Shown here: one piece after another, positions 19,753-29,968 of the stretch | Layout: the number at the start of each line of letters is the position of its first letter | Numbering within the stretch: position 1 is the first letter of the stretch | DNA from: an uncultured delta proteobacterium | GTDB taxonomy: Bacteria; Myxococcota_A; Polyangia; Polyangiales; Polyangiaceae | Length of the DNA: 64,000 nucleotides | Direction: 5' to 3' | NCBI GenBank assembly: GCA_963841435.1 | Contig: CAWJCS010000006.1 | Span: 1,600,001 to 1,664,000, forward strand | Program-made: the position numbers and the translations under genes | The notes under the pieces: generated by a model | Databases searched by the model: none | Told to the model about the DNA's origin: nothing | The model's input: the letters and a program-made list of their open reading frames with translations, nothing else

Positions 19753-21602
19753 GGCGCCTCGAAACGAAGTCGACCGTCGCGCAAGACACCGGCGCCTTCG
19801 TCGAGGCAAGGCAGGGCTGCACAGAGGGCGCGCGCGCGCTCACAGTCCCCGTCCCTGAAAGCATCGAGCGCGGCGCGAACGCACGGCGCGCCGCAATCGA
19901 GCGCACCCCCGCATGCCGGAGCTTGCTTGACCCAGTCGAGCACGGCGCTCGCGAGTCCGTCGCCGACGACTCGCCGTTCCACTTCGGGGATCGGCTCGAG
20001 CAGCCCGCTGCCGCCCTCGGCGAGGTACTCGGTCGTCGCGAGGACATAGCTCTCCTCGGGCTCGACCGGCGCGCGGCAACGCCCTTCGTGGCCCGGCTCG
20101 GCGTCGCAAATCCCCTCGAACGAGCCGCAGTCTAGGTCGTCACGGCACGCCTGGCCGGTGTCGTGCACCCACACGCGAGCGCACGTCCCCCCGGAGCACG
20201 GGCAACGCAAGCGAGCGACCGCCCCGGCGATCTGCACCTGCGTCCGACAGTCGCGGGCGGCAGCCGCGCGTGCCGCGCGTTCGAACGACGCGAGCAGGGT
20301 GCTCCCGCTCACGCGGGAAACGACGACGGGATCGGCGAACGGCAGGACGCGACCGAGCGTCTCGGGCTCGACGAGACCGGGTGGCAGGTCGAATCGCAGC
20401 GACGACGCGCCGATCACCGAAAGATCAGCGAGCGCGGCGTGGCGGACCGCCGTGGCTGCGAGGTTGCCGAGCGGTGAGTCGCCCGAGGTCACGCCGACTC
20501 GCTCGACGGCGGTGGGGGCGAACGCGACGTAGCGTCCCGGATCCGCGGCGCCGAGTGCGTCGGCATACGGCGCGAGCAGCTCGACGACGGTGGGGTCCTC
20601 GCTCACCCGGTCACTCACGGGCAAGAGCTCGAGCGTGAGCGACTCGACCTCGTAGCCGTCGAGCGCCGAGCGGTTCGACGCCGCGACGACCAGGCGCAGC
20701 CGACCGACGACTTTGCCGTACGCGCCGCTGTGCAGGACCGGCACGCGCCGGGGGTGGCAGCGGCGTGTGCGACCCCACGCGTCGACGACGCTGCCCGCCG
20801 CGCAGTCGTCAACGACGAGGGGCTCGTCGAGCGTGAGATGCTGGTGGCCGCCGAGGATGAGATCGAGGCCGCTGGTTCGTTCGGCGAGCGTCCGATCGGC
20901 GTCGAGCCCGACGTGCGTCACGGCCACGACGAGGTCAACCTCGGGGCGCAGGAGGTCGAGCGTGCTCTGGACGGCAGGCGCCGCCTCGAGCGCGACGGCG
21001 CCGAGCTCGCTCGGACGCGCTCTGAGCGCGCGCACGCTACCCGTGTTGCCGACCCCGATCACGCCCACGCGCAGCCCGCCAGCGTCGAGCACGGTGAACG
21101 GCTGGACGAGACCCGCGAGGCCCGTGGGGTCCCCGTCGGAGGCGTAGTTCGCGGCCAGCAGCGGAAACGTTGCGAGGGTCCGGTAGCGGTCGAGAACGAG
21201 GTCGGCCCCCAGGTCGAGCTCGTGGTTGCCGAGCGCCTGGGCCTCGACGCCGAGCGCATCGAAGGCCAAAAGCTCGGGCTCACCCTGGAAGGTTTGGAAC
21301 GCGAGCGACCCCTGGAACAGGTCTCCCGAATCGAGTGTGAGCACCCGCTCGGCGGCCGCGCGCTCCTCGCGCAACAGCGTGGCAAGCCGCGCGAATCCGC
21401 CGACGGAGCGCACCTCCCCCGCGGCGCCGAGGCCCCGCACGGCGTCAGTCGGGCCGATTAGCAGGCGGAACGGGAAGAGCTGTGAATGCGTGTCCGCCGT
21501 GTGCAAAATCGTGAGCTCGACGCGCGCCGGCAACGGCTCCCGTGACACGCCCGGCTCACAGGCGAGAACGGCGAGGGCTGCTAGCAAAAGGAGAGCGCGC
21601 AC
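19749..21602 (-). CDS. Metallophosphoesterase/5'-nucleotidase lipoprotein
   Basis: LHTADTHS, DSGDLFQG, LGNHELD, VTHVG, ILGGHQH, GDSPLGNL; Cys-rich inserts. Confidence 0.92.
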   Translation of the reverse strand: MRALLLLAALAVLACEPGVSREPLPARVELTILHTADTHSQLFPFRLLIGPTDAVRGLGAAGEVRSVGGFARLATLLREERAAAERVLTLDSGDLFQGSLAFQTFQGEPELLAFDALGVEAQALGNHELDLGADLVLDRYRTLATFPLLAANYASDGDPTGLAGLVQPFTVLDAGGLRVGVIGVGNTGSVRALRARPSELGAVALEAAPAVQSTLDLLRPEVDLVVAVTHVGLDADRTLAERTSGLDLILGGHQHLTLDEPLVVDDCAAGSVVDAWGRTRRCHPRRVPVLHSGAYGKVVGRLRLVVAASNRSALDGYEVESLTLELLPVSDRVSEDPTVVELLAPYADALGAADPGRYVAFAPTAVERVGVTSGDSPLGNLAATAVRHAALADLSVIGASSLRFDLPPGLVEPETLGRVLPFADPVVVSRVSGSTLLASFERAARAAAARDCRTQVQIAGAVARLRCPCSGGTCARVWVHDTGQACRDDLDCGSFEGICDAEPGHEGRCRAPVEPEESYVLATTEYLAEGGSGLLEPIPEVERRVVGDGLASAVLDWVKQAPACGGALDCGAPCVRAALDAFRDGDCERARALCAALPCLDEGAGVLRDGRLRFEAP

Positions 21603-21698
21603 ACCGCCCCGTCGGACAGCCGGCAGCCGAGTTGCGGACGCCCGCCTGCACGGGCGCTCGACTCGCGACGGCCGCGCGCTCCGTGCCGGGCGCTTCGC

Positions 21699-23483
21699 TC
21701 AGCCGGACTCGGGAGCGCCCGGTAGCCCCGCGAAGCGCTCGTCGAGCAAAGCCCGCACGTCGGAGGCCGTGGCGCACGCGAGCGCCAGATCGGCCACCTC
21801 GCGCGCCTCGGCCACGGTGATGCGCTCGAGGGCCGCACGCACTTCCGGGATGGACGAAGCTTCCATGCTGAGCTCCCTGAGCCCCATGCCGATGAGCAAG
21901 ACGGCCGAGAGCGCATCGCTCGCCATGGCGCCGCACACGATGACGGGCCGCCCGTGCGCGGCCCCGGCGGCGACAACGCCCTGGATCAGCCGCAAGATGG
22001 CCGGATCGAGCGAGGAAGCCAGGTACGCCAGCGCCGGGCTCGAGCGGTCGACGGCGAGCGTGTACTGCACGAGATCGTTCGTGCCGATGCTCAAGAATTC
22101 GGCCTCGGGCGCGAATCGGTCGGCTAGGATGGCCGCCGCGGGAACCTCGACCATCATGCCGAGCGGAATGTGCGGCGCACGCGGCTGGGAGCGCGCGTCC
22201 ACCTCGGCGAGCGCCTCGGCGAACAGGTGCTTCACCTCGCGCAGCTCGCCCATCGACGTGACCATCGGCAGCATCAGCCTGAGGCTTCCGTGCGCCGACG
22301 CGCGCACGATGGCACGAAGCTGCGTCGCGAACAGATCCGGACGTGCGAGCGCCAGGCGCACGGCGCGCAAACCGAGCGCCGGGTTCATGTCGTTCGGCAG
22401 CTTCATACTCGAGGCGAACTTGTCGCCGCCGATGTCGAACGTGCGCAGCGTCACTGGGAAAGGCGCGACAGCCTCGACCACGCCCCGATACGTCTCGTAC
22501 TGCTCGTCTTCGCTCGGGAGGTCGCTGCGATTGACGTACAAAAACTCCGTCCGATAAAGGCCGATGCCGCGAGCGCCGTGCTCGAGCGCGATCGGTGCCT
22601 CACCCGGCAGCTCGATGTTGCCCTTCAGGTCCACGAGCGTGCCGCAGGCCGTGTGAGCCGGTTCGTCTCTGGGCCCGCCGCGCGCCACCTGCGTTTCGCG
22701 GAACCGCTCGGCCCGCGAGAGGGCGTCCGCGCGCGTCGCAGCGCTCGGCGCCAGCGTGACGTGCCCGCGCAGCCCGTCAACGGCAACGATGTCGCCGTCC
22801 CCCACCCGACCGAGCAGCCCCTTCACGCCGACGACGGCTGGGATCTCGAGGGCGCGCGCGAGAATCGCCGTGTGGCTCGTGCGCGTGCCGACTTCGGTCA
22901 CGATCGCGAGCACGCTCCGGCGATCGAGCGTCACCGTCTCGGCGGGCGACAGATCGTGCGCAACGAGCACGCCCGGCTCGCGCCCGCGCGGCAACAGGAT
23001 CGACTCTTTGCGACCCGCGAGCGACTGCATGATGCTCTCGCCGACGAACTCGATGTCGTGACGGCGCTCGGCGAGGTACGGATCCGCCGCCTGGCCGAGC
23101 TGTTCGGCCATCTCTTCGATCGTGGTCGAAAGCGCCCATTCTGCGCACAAAAAGTCGATGCGAACGCGCCGCTCCACCTCCGAGCGCACGGTCTCGTCCG
23201 TCACCATCGCCACGTAGGCGCCGAGGATCGAAAGCTCGGCGCGGCCGCGCCCGGCACCCTCCGAGGCGGCCTCGAGGCGCGCCGCAGCGGCCGCGACGGC
23301 GCGGTCGAAGCGCTCCATCTCGTCATCGGCTCGGGCGCCTGCGATGTGACGCCGAACGGTGCCGCTCTTGCGATCGACGATGATCGCGGGCCCCACGGCG
23401 AAGCCGGGCGATCCGGCGATGCCGTCGAGCGAAAGCTCGCTCACGTGGGAGCTTGGCTCGGTCTCATCCGGCGCTCCGGACAC
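21699..23483 (-). CDS. ptsI: PTS enzyme I, phosphoenolpyruvate-protein phosphotransferase
   Basis: TSHTAILAR phospho-His, GIGLYRTEF, RTFDIGGDK, NPALGLRA, SIGTNDLVQY. Confidence 0.98.
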   Translation of the reverse strand: MSGAPDETEPSSHVSELSLDGIAGSPGFAVGPAIIVDRKSGTVRRHIAGARADDEMERFDRAVAAAAARLEAASEGAGRGRAELSILGAYVAMVTDETVRSEVERRVRIDFLCAEWALSTTIEEMAEQLGQAADPYLAERRHDIEFVGESIMQSLAGRKESILLPRGREPGVLVAHDLSPAETVTLDRRSVLAIVTEVGTRTSHTAILARALEIPAVVGVKGLLGRVGDGDIVAVDGLRGHVTLAPSAATRADALSRAERFRETQVARGGPRDEPAHTACGTLVDLKGNIELPGEAPIALEHGARGIGLYRTEFLYVNRSDLPSEDEQYETYRGVVEAVAPFPVTLRTFDIGGDKFASSMKLPNDMNPALGLRAVRLALARPDLFATQLRAIVRASAHGSLRLMLPMVTSMGELREVKHLFAEALAEVDARSQPRAPHIPLGMMVEVPAAAILADRFAPEAEFLSIGTNDLVQYTLAVDRSSPALAYLASSLDPAILRLIQGVVAAGAAHGRPVIVCGAMASDALSAVLLIGMGLRELSMEASSIPEVRAALERITVAEAREVADLALACATASDVRALLDERFAGLPGAPESG

Positions 23484-23758
23484 TACTCGCCCTCCCCGAA
23501 GCGATCGGCGATGAGCCGTCCGAGCTCCGTGACCGCTTCCTCGGCGCTATCTCCCGTGGCCTCGATCTCGAGCAGGCTGCCCTTCGAGCCGCAGAGCAAG
23601 AGCACCCCCATGACGCTCTTGGCGTTCGCGACCTGGCCCTCACGACCGACCGCGATCTCGCAAGGGTACTTGGAGGCGAGCTGGACGAGCTTCGTCGCGG
23701 CGCGCGCGTGAAGCCCGAGCTTGTTGACGACCTCGAAAGTCCCCCGAGCCGCGCTCAT
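23483..23758 (-). CDS. ptsH: HPr/NPr phosphocarrier
   Basis: VNKLGLHARAA (His15), NAKSVMGV (Ser46), 91 aa. Confidence 0.96.
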   Translation of the reverse strand: MSAARGTFEVVNKLGLHARAATKLVQLASKYPCEIAVGREGQVANAKSVMGVLLLCGSKGSLLEIEATGDSAEEAVTELGRLIADRFGEGE

Positions 23759-24738
23759 GATCCGATAACTCCTCGCCTCGGACCATCCGCGTGATCGGGG
23801 TCGGCTCCGGGCCCGGTCATGTTGACGCGATCGAGGTCGCGATGCACGACATCGACGAAAAGGCCCAATCGCTCGCTCAGAGCGGCTCCTAGCTTTTCGG
23901 CAACCACGACCGAGCGGTGCCTGCCGCCCGTGCAGCCGACGGCAATCGTGAGGTAGCTCCGCCCTTCGCTCTCGAAGCGGGGCACCGTGAACTCGAGGAG
24001 CTCGGACACGAGCTCGAGGTAGCGCCCGACATCCGGGGATCCGAGCACGTAGTCCACGACGAGGGGGTCCGTGCCGGGGCGCGCCGAAAGGTCGGGGACG
24101 AAGAAGGGATTTTTGAGGAACCGCACGTCGAACACCAGAATCGGCGTCGACGGGGCTTCCGAACTTGAAACCGAACGACACGACGCGCGTGCGAATGCGC
24201 GGCGCCTTGCCCCCCGCGGGACCGAAGTGGCGCACGATGGCGCGTCGGAGCTCGTGCACGCTGAGGCTCGTCGTGTCGACGACCAGCGTGGCTCGCTCGC
24301 GCAGCGCCGCGAGCAGGTCCCGCTCGGTGGTGATGCCGTCGAGCACGGCGTGCGCGCCACCCTCGCGCCCTTCCGAGGCACTCAGCGGATGCGGACGACG
24401 CGTGCTGCTGAAGCGGCGCAGCAGCGCCTCGTCAGCGGCATCGAGGAACACCACCTGAAGCTCCGAAGCGCTCGACTGCTCGAGCGTCTCCAGAACACCC
24501 GCGGCGTCGTCCAAGAACCCACGCACACGCACGTCGATGCCGAGCGCGATGCGCCGCAACCGCGCGCCGCGGAGCGCGTCGAGCGTGTGCCTCACGACGG
24601 GAGGGGGCAGGTTGTCGACGCAAAAGAAGCCGAGATCCTCGAGCGCGTTCACCGCAGTCGATTTGCCAGCGCCGCTCACACCCGTCACCACCACCACGAG
24701 CTCCGGTTCGAGCAGAGCGGCGGAGGGGGCGCCCATCG

Positions 24739-24742
<4 letters not shown>
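23755..24742 (-). CDS. rapZ: RNase adapter RapZ with an apparent +1 frameshift at ~24139-24140
   Basis: VTGVSGAGKS, CVDNLP, RRPHPL, SFGFKFG in one frame; LVFDVRFLKNP, GCTGGRHRSV, HRD in the next. Removing one T from GAT-T-CTG restores DADLVFDVRF. Confidence 0.93.
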
Positions 24743-25814
<1,072 letters not shown>

Positions 25815-25818
<4 letters not shown>

Positions 25819-26285
25819 CGGGCTTGGGCTTCGTGCGACTCGACGAGCTGGAGCGCGGCTTGAGGATTGACGCTCGCGAGCAGCTGCAGCCGCGTCTGCT
25901 CGTCGCGCAGGAGGCGCGAAATGCGCGCGAGCGTGCGCAAGTGCTCCCCGGTCGCGCGTTTGGGACCGACCACGCCGAACACGATCTCGACGGGCTCACC
26001 GTCGATGGCGTCGAACTCGATGCCGCGGGGACAGAGCAAAAGCGCGGCCGCTTGCGAGCCGGCACCGTCGAGGGCGCAATGCGGGATGGCCACGCCGTCA
26101 CCGATCCCGGTGCTCTGCAGCTTCTCCCGCTCGAGCAAGAGATGCTCGATGGTGTCGCCATCGACGCCGATTCCCGGTGACAGCATCTCCGCCAAAAGGC
26201 GGATTGCGTCGTCTTTGGTTTTCACCTGGCTCGCGTCCACGTCGACGAGAATGCGATCCGCAGTGAGGATGTTCGCCAGTTGCAT
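25815..26285 (-). CDS. ptsN: PTS EIIA (nitrogen-regulatory type)
   Basis: REKLQSTGIGDGVAIPH, FDAIDGEPV, HLRTLARISR. Confidence 0.95.
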
Positions 26286-26315
26286 GGGTGACCAAAAGAA
26301 AAGCGGGGCTCTGAT

Positions 26316-26735
26316 TCAACCGCGGGCCTTCGCGCGAGTGTCGCGGCGGGCGGGCCCCTTGCGGGCCGAGCCGGCGGTCGCGCCCTGCTTAGCGCCTGCG
26401 GCCCGCGGCGCAACAATCGGCTCGGTGCGCAGGCTTTTACCACCGCGCCGTTTGGCCCTGGCAACGCCTTTCGCGGCGCGGATCTGTCGGTCGAGCTTGT
26501 CCATCACCCGGTCGATCGACGCGTACATGTCGTCGCTCACCTCGCGCGCCTCCACGTGCTCGCCACCACTCGAAACGTGCGCCTCGACGACGTGCTTGAG
26601 ACGATCGATCGAGAGCGTCACCTTGCCGGTGAGCGGGCTCCGCAAAAATCTCTGCAGCTTCGCGAGCTTGGAGCTTGCGTAGCGCTTGATGGCCTCGCTC
26701 GAGTCCATGTGGCGAAACGTGATGCTGATGTTCAT
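26316..26735 (-). CDS. hpf: Ribosome hibernation promoting factor (HPF/RaiA) with a basic C-terminal tail
   Basis: MNISITFRHM, DMYASIDRVMDKLDRQ; GGAGG RBS; downstream of rpoN. Confidence 0.95.
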   Translation of the reverse strand: MNISITFRHMDSSEAIKRYASSKLAKLQRFLRSPLTGKVTLSIDRLKHVVEAHVSSGGEHVEAREVSDDMYASIDRVMDKLDRQIRAAKGVARAKRRGGKSLRTEPIVAPRAAGAKQGATAGSARKGPARRDTRAKARG

Positions 26736-26837
26736 CGGACCTCCCGAAACGTCCCGGGTCGAGACGTGTCCCCTCGAGCATACCAAAATCGCCCGATACG
26801 GGATCCCCCGCCGAGCACGCTGCTCTTCATTCGCCCC

Positions 26838-28331
26838 TCAGAAGACGCGACGGCGCTTGGACGACGCCAGGATGCCCAGCATCTCGCGGTATTTTGCGAC
26901 CGTCCGCCGTGCGATCTTGATGCCCGCGTTCTTCTCGAGCATCTCGACGATGGCCTGATCGGAGATGGGATTCGCCTTGTCTTCGTCGTCGATCAGGCGC
27001 TTGATCGCCTGTTTCACGCTCTCGCTCGCGATGTCCTCGTTGGCAACGCGCCGGATGCTCGAGTTGAAGAAGTACTTGAGCTCGAACAGCCCCTGCGGGG
27101 TGTGAATGTACTTGTTGGTCGTCACGCGCGAGATGGTCGATTCGTGCATGCCGACCGCCTCGGCGACGTCACGCAGGATCATGGGTTTGAGGTGGGCCAC
27201 GCCGCGATCGAAGAAGTCGCGCTGTTTCTCCACGATGCACTCGGCGACGCGGATGATGGTCTTGCGCCGCTGCTCGATGGCCCTGATCAGCCACTGCGCG
27301 TTGCGCAGTTTCTCGCCGACGAACTCCTTGGCGGCTGGGTCTTTGAGCAGCCGCTTCGTGAGCGACTCGTTGATGAACAGGCGCTGCATCCCGCGGTCGT
27401 TGTCGATCACGACGTAGTTGTCGCCGTCCTTGATCACGTAAACATCGGGGGTGATGCCGATCGTGCGCTCGTCCTGGTCGGAGAAATTGCGGGCCGGCCG
27501 GCTCTCGAAGTCCTGGATCAGCCGGGCGGCCTCGTACACCTCCTCGAGGGGAATGCGCATCTCGCGGGCAATGGCCTGATAGTTGTGCTTCTCGAGCTGG
27601 TGCAGGTGGCGCTCGATGATCTGGACCTCGGTATCCGTGTCGGCGAAGCCAGCGGCCTTGGCCTGCACGAGCAGGCACTCCCTTAGGTCGCGCGAGGCGA
27701 CTCCGATCGGGTCGAAGTTCTGAATCATCTCGAGCACGAGCGGCACGTCGTCGGGATGCAGCCCCGCCTCCTTGGCGAGGTCCTCGACGGTGAGGTCCGG
27801 CGTGCGGCTGCCGTCGGGCCGGTCGACGCCGATTAAGTCGAGGTAGCCGCGCTCGTCCAGGTTGCCGATGACGAGCTCGGCGAACGAGCGCTCGGCGTCG
27901 GCGAAGGCGCTCATCTGCAGCTGCCACAGGAGGTGGTCCTGAAGGCTGCGCGGCTTGGTTAGATTCGCCTCGATCGGGGGTAGGTCGTCGAAGCCCGAGC
28001 GCCCGGGCTGGGTCCCCGGCTGCTGGAGCGTGCGATTCTCGAGGAATTTTTCCCAGTCAACCTCGCGGGTTGCGCGCTCGGTCTCCTTGCGGTCGCCGTT
28101 TCGAGCGGCATCGTCGGGGATCTCGCGCGGCTGGGGCACGGACGCGTCGGACGGCTCCCCTCGCCTTCCCTCGGGAGGCTCCTCGTCCGAAAGGACCGGG
28201 TTGTTGTCGAGCTCCTTGCGGATCTCCTCGATCACTTCGAGCCGGGACAGCTGCAACAGACGAATCGCCTGCTGCAGCTGGGGCGTCATGACCAGCTGCT
28301 GGGACAGGCGGAGCTGTTGCTTGATTTCCAT
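26838..28331 (-). CDS. rpoN: RNA polymerase sigma-54 factor
   Basis: MTPQLQQAIRLLQL, HESTISR, RpoN box ARRTVAKYRE. Confidence 0.99.
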   Translation of the reverse strand: MEIKQQLRLSQQLVMTPQLQQAIRLLQLSRLEVIEEIRKELDNNPVLSDEEPPEGRRGEPSDASVPQPREIPDDAARNGDRKETERATREVDWEKFLENRTLQQPGTQPGRSGFDDLPPIEANLTKPRSLQDHLLWQLQMSAFADAERSFAELVIGNLDERGYLDLIGVDRPDGSRTPDLTVEDLAKEAGLHPDDVPLVLEMIQNFDPIGVASRDLRECLLVQAKAAGFADTDTEVQIIERHLHQLEKHNYQAIAREMRIPLEEVYEAARLIQDFESRPARNFSDQDERTIGITPDVYVIKDGDNYVVIDNDRGMQRLFINESLTKRLLKDPAAKEFVGEKLRNAQWLIRAIEQRRKTIIRVAECIVEKQRDFFDRGVAHLKPMILRDVAEAVGMHESTISRVTTNKYIHTPQGLFELKYFFNSSIRRVANEDIASESVKQAIKRLIDDEDKANPISDQAIVEMLEKNAGIKIARRTVAKYREMLGILASSKRRRVF

Positions 28332-28414
28332 CGCCGAGCCGCCCGGAGGCCTCGACCACGAGTCCCCGAGAGCGCTTCCCAGCTTACCACCCTGGTAGCA
28401 AGAAGTGCGCCCTT

Positions 28415-29866
28415 TTATCGAAGCGGGGATCTTCGTGGAGCCGGCGACGTCACCCTGCTCAAAACCAGGTAGTTTTGGGGCGTTCCCGCCAGCGGCAGCA
28501 GGCCGAGCCGCCTAAATTGCGCTAGGAAGGGGAACGCCGCGACGCGCACCTCAACACCGCGCTCGAAATGAGCACGCTCGCCGTCGGGGGGAGCGTCGCG
28601 CGTCAGGAGCACGACGCGATCGACGCCGCGGCTCTCGAGCAAGCCCTCCGGCACGCGTTTGGTGGTGTGGCCGCCGGGCAGCCTCGCCACGAGCGGGTCG
28701 GTGACCCCGGCGAGGTCGAGCACGTCCGACTGGGTCGCCGCACCAACCCACCCGACGTCGAGCGTCGCGACCGAGCGTGCGCCGGCGAGCAGAGGCCTGG
28801 CCGATCGGATGAGCATCAGGCGCTGTTCGAGAACACCGCGAGCCGGCCAGCCGACATAGGCAGCCACGACGACGCACGCGGCGACCGCCCCGCAGGCCCG
28901 GAGCACGAGCGGGCCGCGCCGGGACGCTTCCGCAAGCTCTGCGCCGGCGACGAGCGCGGTGGGCAAGACCGGCACCATCAGACGATAGAGCGCCATCCAG
29001 TCGCCGCCCACGGCCATGAGCGCCAGAAGGTGCACGGCGACCGCGAGCACCAGCAACTTGGTGGCCGCTGCGGCACGGCGCAGCGACGCCGGCGCGAGCA
29101 AGAGAAGCGGAGCCCCCGTGAAGACGAGCGCGCCGGCCGCGTAGCGCACGCCGTGCGCGAGGTCGGAGGGCTTCGCGAGCACCGCGAGCGGTGCGGGCGA
29201 GCCAAAGCACCATGTGCGCAGGATGGCGACGAGGACCGACGGCCCGAGCGCGAGCGCCACGGCGTAAACCACGCGCCCGAGCCGCTGCTTTTCATCGTCT
29301 CCCCCGGGCCAGGCTCGACCGGCCGAGAGCGTCACCGCCCAAGGGGCGAGCTCCGGCCGGAGCGCCGCCGCCACGCCCGCCGCCAGCGCGGCGCCGCGCC
29401 CGCGACCGAGCGAAAGCGACCCGAGCAGCGTGACGAGGCCGGTCTCCATCCCAGAGCTCGCCCACGCCGCGAGCGGCACCGTCACGGCCAGCACGAGTAG
29501 CGCGACGCCTCGCCCGGCCCCGCGCCGGGGGAGGCGCAGCCCGATGACCGCCGCGGCGGCGAGCCAGGCGGCGAGCCCGATGCCGCGAGCGCGTTCCAGC
29601 ATCCCGAGCGGGTCGGCGGCGCCGCCGAGCGCCAGCAAGTGCGCGTAGCCGAGCGGCGTGACGGCGTTGACGACCGGGCCGCCGAGGTTGTAGCGGTAGC
29701 CTTCGCCCGCCGCGAGGTGGCTCGCGACGCGCGCGGTGATGAGCGCGTCATCGACGGTGAAGCCACGAAACAGCCAGGCGGCCGGCAGCGCCGAAAGCAG
29801 CCCCAGCGCAGCCGCCGAAGCGTTGGATCGGCTCGCCCAGCGCTCGATGAGCGCCGTCATCCCCAT
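28415..29866 (-). CDS. Polytopic membrane protein, GT-C glycosyltransferase-like
   Basis: FTVDDALITAR, SGMET, LRPE, GGDWMALYR, DLAGVTDP; many hydrophobic helices. Confidence 0.72.
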   Translation of the reverse strand: MGMTALIERWASRSNASAAALGLLSALPAAWLFRGFTVDDALITARVASHLAAGEGYRYNLGGPVVNAVTPLGYAHLLALGGAADPLGMLERARGIGLAAWLAAAAVIGLRLPRRGAGRGVALLVLAVTVPLAAWASSGMETGLVTLLGSLSLGRGRGAALAAGVAAALRPELAPWAVTLSAGRAWPGGDDEKQRLGRVVYAVALALGPSVLVAILRTWCFGSPAPLAVLAKPSDLAHGVRYAAGALVFTGAPLLLLAPASLRRAAAATKLLVLAVAVHLLALMAVGGDWMALYRLMVPVLPTALVAGAELAEASRRGPLVLRACGAVAACVVVAAYVGWPARGVLEQRLMLIRSARPLLAGARSVATLDVGWVGAATQSDVLDLAGVTDPLVARLPGGHTTKRVPEGLLESRGVDRVVLLTRDAPPDGERAHFERGVEVRVAAFPFLAQFRRLGLLPLAGTPQNYLVLSRVTSPAPRRSPLR

Positions 29867-29968
29867 CGGATCCCGCGGCTAGCGGGTCCGGAGCCGCCTG
29901 TCCACTCTTGCGCGATCGAGCCGCAAAACTGTCCGTGTCGGTGCGGTGTTCCTACGATGCGACTCTGC

